A stretch of 64,000 nt of DNA, taken from Eledone cirrhosa. Its lineage: Eukaryota. Shown piece after piece: positions 54,501 through 64,000 of the stretch; within the stretch, counting starts at the first letter, position 1; every line of letters begins with the position of its first letter. Both the position numbers and the translations under genes were made by a program. The stretch is taken from positions 1 to 64,000 of the forward strand of contig CAXHJY010001441.1 in NCBI GenBank assembly GCA_964016885.1, in the 5' to 3' direction. A model generated the notes under the pieces. It ran no database searches. It was not told the origin of the DNA and saw only the letters and a list, made by a program, of their open reading frames with translations.

Positions 54501-57500
54501 AAGTGACACACATACACATACAGTGTGACACTCACACACATAGACACAAGTGGACACACATACACATACAGTGAGACACTCACACACAAAGACACAAGTG
54601 GACACACATACAAATACAGACAGACACTCACACACATAGACACAAGTGGACACACATACACATACAGTGAGACACTCACACACAAAGACACAAGTGGACA
54701 CACATACAAATACAGACAGACACTCACACACATAGACACAAGTGGACACACATACACATACAGACAGACACTCACACACATAGACACAAGTGTCACACAT
54801 ACACATACAGTGAGACACTCTCACACATAGACACAAGTGGACACACATGCACATACAGTGAGACACTCACACACATAGACACAAGTGGACACACATACAC
54901 ATACAGTGAGACACTCACACACAAAGACACAAGTGGACACACATAGACATACAGTGAGACACTCACACACAAAGACACAAGTGGACACACATACACATAC
55001 AGACAGACACTCACACACATAGACACAAGTGGACACACATACACATACAGACAGACACTCACACACAAAGACACAAGTGGACACACATACACGTACAGAG
55101 AGACACTCACACACATAGACACAAGTGGACACACATACACATACAGACAGACACTCACACACATACAAGTGTCACACATACACATACAGTGAGACACTCA
55201 CACACATAGACACAAGTGACACACATACACATACAGTGAGACACTCACACACATAGACACAAGTGACACACATACACATACAGACAGACACTCACACACA
55301 TAGACACAAGTGGACACACATACACATACAGACAGACACTCACACACATAGACACAAGTGGACACACATACACATACAGTGAGACACTCACACACATAGA
55401 CACAAGTGGACATACATACACATACAGTGAGACACTCACACACATAGACACAAGTGACACACATACACATACAGTGAGATACTCACACACATAGACACAA
55501 GTGGACACACATACACATACAGTGAGACACTCACACACATAGACACAAGTGGACACACATACACATACAGTGAGACACTCACACACATAGACACAAGTGT
55601 CACACATACACATACAGTGAGACACTCACACACATAGACACAAGTGGACACACATACACATACAGTGAGATACTCACACACATAGACACAAGTGGACACA
55701 CATACACATACAGACAGACACTCACACACATAGACACAAGTGTCACACATACACATACAGACACTCACACACATAGACACAAGTGTCACACATACACATA
55801 CAGACAGACACTCACACACATAGACAAAAGTGGACACACTTACACATACAGACAGACACTCACACACAAAGACACAAGTGGACACACATACACATACAGT
55901 GAGACACTCACACACAAAGACACAAGTGGACACACATACACATACAGTGAGACACTCACACACATAGACACAAGTGGACACACATACACATACAGTGAGA
56001 CACACACACACAAAGACACAAGTGGACACACATAGACATACAGTGAGACACTCACACACAAAGACACAAGTGGACACACATACACATACAGACAGACACT
56101 CACACACATAGACACAAGTGGACACACATACACATACAGTGAGGCACTCACACACATAGACACAAGTGACACACATACACATACAGTGAGATATTCACAC
56201 ACATAGACACAAGTGGAGACACATACACATACAGACAGACACTCACACACATAGACAGAAGTCGACACACTTACACATACAGTGAGACACTCACACACAT
56301 AGACACAAGTGTCACACATACACATACAGACAGACACTCACACACATAGACAGAAGTGGACACACTTACACATACAGTGAGACACTCACACACAAAGACA
56401 CAAGTGGACACACATACACATACAGTGAGACACTCACACACAAAGACACAAGTGGACACACATACACATACAGACAGACACTCACACTCATAGACACAAG
56501 TGACACACATACACATACAGTGAGACACTCACACACATAGACACAAGTGGACACACATACACATACAGTGAGACACTCACACACAAAGACACAAGTGGAC
56601 ACACATACAAATACAGACAGACACTCACACACATAGACACAAGTGGACACACATACACATACAGTGAGACACTCACACACATAGACACAAGTGTCACACA
56701 TACACATACAGACAGACACTCACACACATAGACAGAAGTGGACACACTTACACATACAGTGAGACACTCACACACAAAGACACAAGTGGACACACATACA
56801 CATACAGTGAGACACTCACACACAAAGACACAAGTGGACACACATACACATACAGACAGACACTCACACTCATAGACACAAGTGACACACATACACATAC
56901 AGTGAGACACTCACACACATAGACACAAGTGGACACACATACACATACAGTGAGACACTCACACACAAAGACACAAGTGGACACACATACAAATACAGAC
57001 AGACACTCTCACACATAGACACAAGTGGACACACATACACATACAGTGAGGCACTCACACACATAGACACAAGTGGACACACATACACATACAGACAGAC
57101 ACATAGACACATAGACACAAGTGACACACATACACATACAGTGAGACACTCACACACATAGACACAAGTGTCACACATACACATACGGTGAGACACTCAC
57201 ACACATAGACACAAGTGGACACACATACACATACAGACAGACACTCACACACAAAGACACAAGTGTCACACATACACATACAGTGAGACACTCACACACA
57301 TAGACACAAGTGTCACACATACACATACAGACAGACACTCACACACATAGACACAAGTGTCACACATACACATACAGACAGACACTCACACACAAAGACA
57401 CAAGTGTCACACATACACATACAGTGAGACACTCACACACATAGACACAAGTGTCACACATACACATACAGACAGACACTCACACACATAGACACAAGTG

Positions 57501-60500
57501 TCACACATACACATACAGTGAGACACTCACACACAGAGACACAAGTGACACACATACACATACAGTGAGACACTCACACACATAGACACAAGTGTCACAC
57601 ATACACATACAGTGAGATACTCACACACATAGACACAAGTGGACACACATACACATACAGTGAGACACTCACACACATAGACACAAGTGACACACATACA
57701 CATACAGTGAGACACTCACACACATAGACACAAGTGTCACACATACAGATACAGTGAGACACTCACACACATAGACACAAGTGACACACATACACATACA
57801 GACAGACACTCACACACATAGACACAAGTGTCACACATACACATACAGACACTCACACACATAGACACAAGTGTCACACATACACATACAGACAGACACT
57901 CACACACATAGACAGAAGTGGACACACTTACACATACAGACAGACACTCACACACAAAGACACAAGTGGACACACATACACATACAGTGAGACACTCACA
58001 CACAAAGACACAAGTGGACACACATACACATACAGTGAGACACTCACACACATAGACACAAGTGGACACACATACACATACAGTGAGACACTCACACACA
58101 AAGACACAAGTGGACACACATAGACATACAGTGAGACACTCACACACAAAGACACAAGTGGACACACATACACATACAGACAGACACTCACACACATAGA
58201 CACAAGTGGACACACATACACATACAGTGAGGCACTCACACACATAGACACAAGTGAGACACATACACATACAGTGAGATATTCACACACATAGACACAA
58301 GTGGAGACACATACACATACAGACAGACACTCACACACATAGACAGAAAGTGGACACACTTACACATACAGTGAGACACTCACACACATAGACACAAGTG
58401 TCACACATACACATACAGACAGACACTCACACACATAGACAGAAGTGGACACACTTACACATACAGTGAGACACTCACACACAAAGACACAAGTGGACAC
58501 ACATACACATACAGTGAGACACTCACACACAAAGACACAAGTGGACACACATACACATACAGACAGACACTCACACTCATAGACACAAGTGACACACATA
58601 CACATACAGTGAGACACTCACACACATAGACACAAGTGGACACACATACACATACAGTGAGACACTCACACACAAAGACACAAGTGGACACACATACAAA
58701 TACAGACAGACACTCACACACATAGACACAAGTGGACACACATACACATACAGTGAGACACTCACACACAAAGACACAAGTGGACACACATACAAATACA
58801 GACAGACACTCACACACATAGACACAAGTGGACACACATACACATACAGACAGACACTCACACACATAGACACAAGTGTCACACATACACATACAGTGAG
58901 ACACTCTCACACATAGACACAAGTGGACACACATGCACATACAGTGAGACACTCACACACAAAGACACAAGTGGACACACATACAAATACAGACAGACAC
59001 TCACACACATAGACACAAGTGGACACACATACACATACAGTGAGACACTCTCACACATAGACACAAGTGACACACATACACATACAGTGAGACACTCACA
59101 CACATAGACACAAGTGTCACACATACACATACAGTGAGACACTCACACACATAGACACAAGTGACACACATACAAATACAGACAGACACTCTCACACATA
59201 GACACAAGTGGACACACATACACATACAGTGAGATACTCACACACATAGACACAAGTGGACACACATACACATACAGTGAGACACTCACACACATAGACA
59301 CAAGTGACACACATACACATACAGTGAGACACTCACACACATAGACACAAGTGTCACACATACACATACAGTGAGACACTCACACACATAGACACAAGTG
59401 ACACACATACACATACAGACAGACACTCACACACATAGACACAAGTGACACACATACACATACAGTGAGGCACTCACACACATAGACACAAGTGTCACAC
59501 ATACACATACAGTGAGACACTCACACACATAGACACAAGTGGACACACATACACATACAGTGAGACACTCACACACATAGACACAAGTGGACACACATAC
59601 ACATACAGTGAGACACTCACACACATAGACACAAGTGGACACACATACACATACAGTGAGACACTCACACACATAGACACAAGTGTCACACATACACATA
59701 CAGTGAGACACTCACACACATAGACACAAGTGGACACACATACACATACAGACAGACACTCACACACATAGACACCAGTGGACACACATACACATACAGT
59801 GAGACACTCACACACATAGACACAAGTGACACACATACACATACAGTGAGACACTCACACACATAGACACAAGTGTCACACATACACATACAGTGAGATA
59901 CTCACACACATATACACAAGTGACACACATACACATACATACAGACACTCACACACATAGACACAAGTGACACACATACACATACAGTGTGACACTCACA
60001 CACATAGACACAAGTGGACACACATACACATACAGTGAGACACTCACACACATAGACACAAGTGGACACACATACACATACAGTGAGACACTCACACACA
60101 TAGACACAACTGACACACATACACATACAGTGAGATACTCACACACATAGACACAAGTGGAGACACATACACATACAGTGAGACACTCACACACATAGAC
60201 ACAAGTGTCACACATACACATACAGTGAGACACTCACACACATAGACACAAGTGTCACACATACACATACAGTGAGACACTCACACACATAGACACAAGT
60301 GGACACACATACACATACAGTGAGACACTCACACACATAGACACAAGTGGACACACATACACATACAGTGAGATACTCACACACATAGACACAAGTGTCA
60401 CACATACACATACAGACAGACACTCACACACATAGACACAAGTGTCACACATACACATACAGACAGACACTCACACACATAGACATAAGTGGACACACTT

Positions 60501-63500
60501 ACACATACAGACAGACACTCACACACATAGACACAAGTGACACACATACACATACAGTGAGACACTCACACACATAGACACAAGTGGACACACATACACA
60601 TACAGTGAGACACTCACACACATAGACACAAGTGTCACACATACACATACAGTGAGACACTCACACACATAGACAGAAGTGGACACACTTACACATACAG
60701 TGAGACACTCACACACAAAGACACAAGTGGACACACATACACATACAGTGAGACACTCACACACAAAGACACAAGTGGACACACATACACATACAGACAG
60801 ACACTCACACTCATAGACACAAGTGACACACATACACATACAGTGAGACACTCACACACATAGACACAAGTGGACACACATACACATACAGTGAGACACT
60901 CACACACAAAGACACAAGTGGACACACATACACATACAGACAGACACTCACACTCATAGACACAAGTGACACACATACACATACAGTGAGACACTCACAC
61001 ACATAGACACAAGTGGACACACATACACATACAGTGAGACACTCACACACATAGACACAAGTGGACACACATACAAATACAGACAGACACTCACACACAT
61101 AGACACAAGTGGACACACATACACATACAGTGAGACACTCACACACAAAAACACAAGTGGACACACATACACATACAGACAGACACTCTCACACATAGAC
61201 ACAAGTGGACACACATACACATACAGTGAGACACTCTCACACATAGACACAAGTGACACACATACACATACAGTGAGACACTCACACACATAGACACAAG
61301 TGGACACACATACACATACAGACAGACACTCACACACAAAGACACAAGTGGACACACATACAAATACAGACAGACACATAGACACATAGACACAAGTGAC
61401 ACACATACACATACAGTGAGACACTCACACACATAGACACAAGTGTCACACATACACATACGGTGAGACACACACACACATAGACACAAGTGGACACACA
61501 TACACATACAGACAGACACTCACACACAAAGACACAAGTGTCACACATACACATACAGTGAGACACTCACACACAGAGACACAAGTGACACACATACACA
61601 TACAGTGAGACACTCACACACAGAGACACAAGTGACACACATACACATACAGTGAGACACTCACACACATAGACACAAGTGTCACACATACACATACAGT
61701 GAGATACTCACACACATAGACACAAGTGGACACACATACACATACAGTGAGACACTCACACACATAGACACAAGTGACACACATACACATACAGTGAGAC
61801 ACTCACACACATAGACACAAGTGTCACACATACACATACAGTGAGACACTCACACACATAGACACAAGTGACACACATACACATACAGTGAGACACTCAC
61901 ACACATAGACACAAGTGTCACACATACACATACAGTGAGACACTCACACACATAGACACAAGTGACACACATACACATACAGTGAGACACTCACACACAT
62001 AGACACAAGTGGACACACATACACATCCAGTGAGACACTCACACACATAGACACAAGTGGACACACATACAAATACAGACAGACACTCTCACACATAGAC
62101 ACAAGTGGACACACATACACATACAGTGAGACACTCACACACGTAGACACAAGTGACACACATACACATACAGTGTGACACTCACACACATAGACACAAG
62201 TGGACACACATACACATACAGTGAGACACTCACACACAAAGACACAAGTGGACACACATACAAATACAGACAGACACTCACACACATAGACACAAGTGGA
62301 CACACATACACATACAGTGAGACACTCACACACAAAGACACAAGTGGACACACATACAAATACAGACAGACACTCACACACATAGACACAAGTGGACACA
62401 CATACACATACAGACAGACACTCACACACATAGACACAAGTGTCACACATACACATACAGTGAGACACTCTCACACATAGACACAAGTGGACACACATGC
62501 ACATACAGTGAGACACTCACACACAAAGACACAAGTGGACACACATACAAATACAGACAGACACTCACACACATAGACACAAGTGGACACACATACACAT
62601 ACAGTGAGACACTCTCACACATAGACACAAGTGACACACATACACATACAGTGAGACACTCACACACATAGACACAAGTGTCACACATACACATACAGTG
62701 AGACACTCACACACATAGACACAAGTGACACACATACAAATACAGACAGACACTCTCACACATAGACACAAGTGGACACACATACACATACAGTGAGATA
62801 CTCACACACATAGACACAAGTGGACACACATACACATACAGTGAGACACTCACACACATAGACACAAGTGACACCCATACACATACAGTGAGACACTCAC
62901 ACACATAGACACAAGTGTCACACATACACATACAGTGAGACACTCACACACATAGACACAAGTGACACACATACACATACAGACAGACACTCACACACAT
63001 AGACACAAGTGACACACATACACATACAGTGAGGCACTCACACACATAGACACAAGTGTCACACATACACATACAGTGAGACACTCACACACATAGACAC
63101 AAGTGGACACACATACACATACAGTGAGACACTCACACACATAGACACAAGTGGACACACATACACATACAGTGAGACACTCACACACATAGACACAAGT
63201 GGACACACATACACATACAGTGAGACACTCACACACATAGACACAAGTGTCACACATACACATACAGTGAGACACTCACACACATAGACACAAGTGGACA
63301 CACATACACATACAGACAGACACTCACACACATAGACACCAGTGGACACACATACACATACAGTGAGACACTCACACACATAGACACAAGTGACACACAT
63401 ACACATACAGTGAGACACTCACACACATAGACACAAGTGTCACACATACACATACAGTGAGATACTCACACACATATACACAAGTGACACACATACACAT

Positions 63501-64000
63501 ACATACAGACACTCACACACATAGACACAAGTGACACACATACACATACAGTGTGACACTCACACACATAGACACAAGTGGACACACATACACATACAGT
63601 GAGACACTCACACACATAGACACAAGTGGACACACATACACATACAGTGAGACACTCACACACATAGACACAACTGACACACATACACATACAGTGAGAT
63701 ACTCACACACATAGACACAAGTGGAGACACATACACATACAGTGAGACACTCACACACATAGACACAAGTGGACACACATACACATACAGTGAGATACTC
63801 ACACACATAGACACAAGTGGACACACATACACATACAGTGAGACACTCACACACATAGACACAAGTGACACACATACACATACAGTGAGACACTCACACA
63901 CATAGACACAAGTGTCACACATACACATACAGTGAGACACTCACACACATAGACACAAGTGACACACATACACATACAGTGAGACACTCACACACATAGA
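45560..64000. repeat. 47/48-bp satellite array (>18 kb, roughly 385 units) with higher-order structure, continuing past the window end
   Basis: Consensus ACACATAGACACAAGTGGACACACATACACATACAGTGAGACACTCAC, with 47-bp variants (AAGTGAC, AAGTGTC) and CAGACAGAC variants. Units at the left edge are more diverged. Confidence 0.98.

Noticed and set aside
45560-64000. CRISPR-like array, or a repetitive Cys/Val- or Thr/His-rich protein gene
   Set aside because: There are no unique spacers or cas genes and the context is eukaryotic. The ORFs are by-products of a 48-bp unit and are repeatedly frameshifted by 47-bp units.

Overview
Repeat-saturated eukaryotic intergenic DNA with no host gene that I can support. 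The (TA)n/(CA)n load and the SINE types suggest a cephalopod such as an octopus, which is an inference. There are four zones. (1) 1-16 kb: LINE relics (RTE, Hero/REL type), tRNA-derived SINEs and two Penelope-like elements (PLEs, probably Naiad-like) with inverted pseudo-LTRs. (2) 16.5-35.8 kb: six co-oriented L1/Tx1-clade LINEs of different ages, one full length but mutated. (3) 37-44.5 kb: a dense cluster of short non-coding, hammerhead-bearing elements and foldback palindromes in (TA)n tracts, plus an internally deleted RTE. (4) 45.6-64 kb: a 47/48-bp satellite with nested higher-order repeats up to about 7.6 kb. The main hidden signal is about 15 type I hammerhead ribozyme (HHR) motifs from about 7 sequence families, found by eye. 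They include a U3-A8 core variant, stem I covariation and long stem II insertions. Two unrelated non-coding families place the ribozyme behind an octamer, a 34-35 nt spacer and a TATA box. This resembles an snRNA-type promoter and suggests self-transcribed, self-cleaving retrozyme-like elements mobilised by PLEs. Coordinates were counted manually, so element boundaries are approximate.
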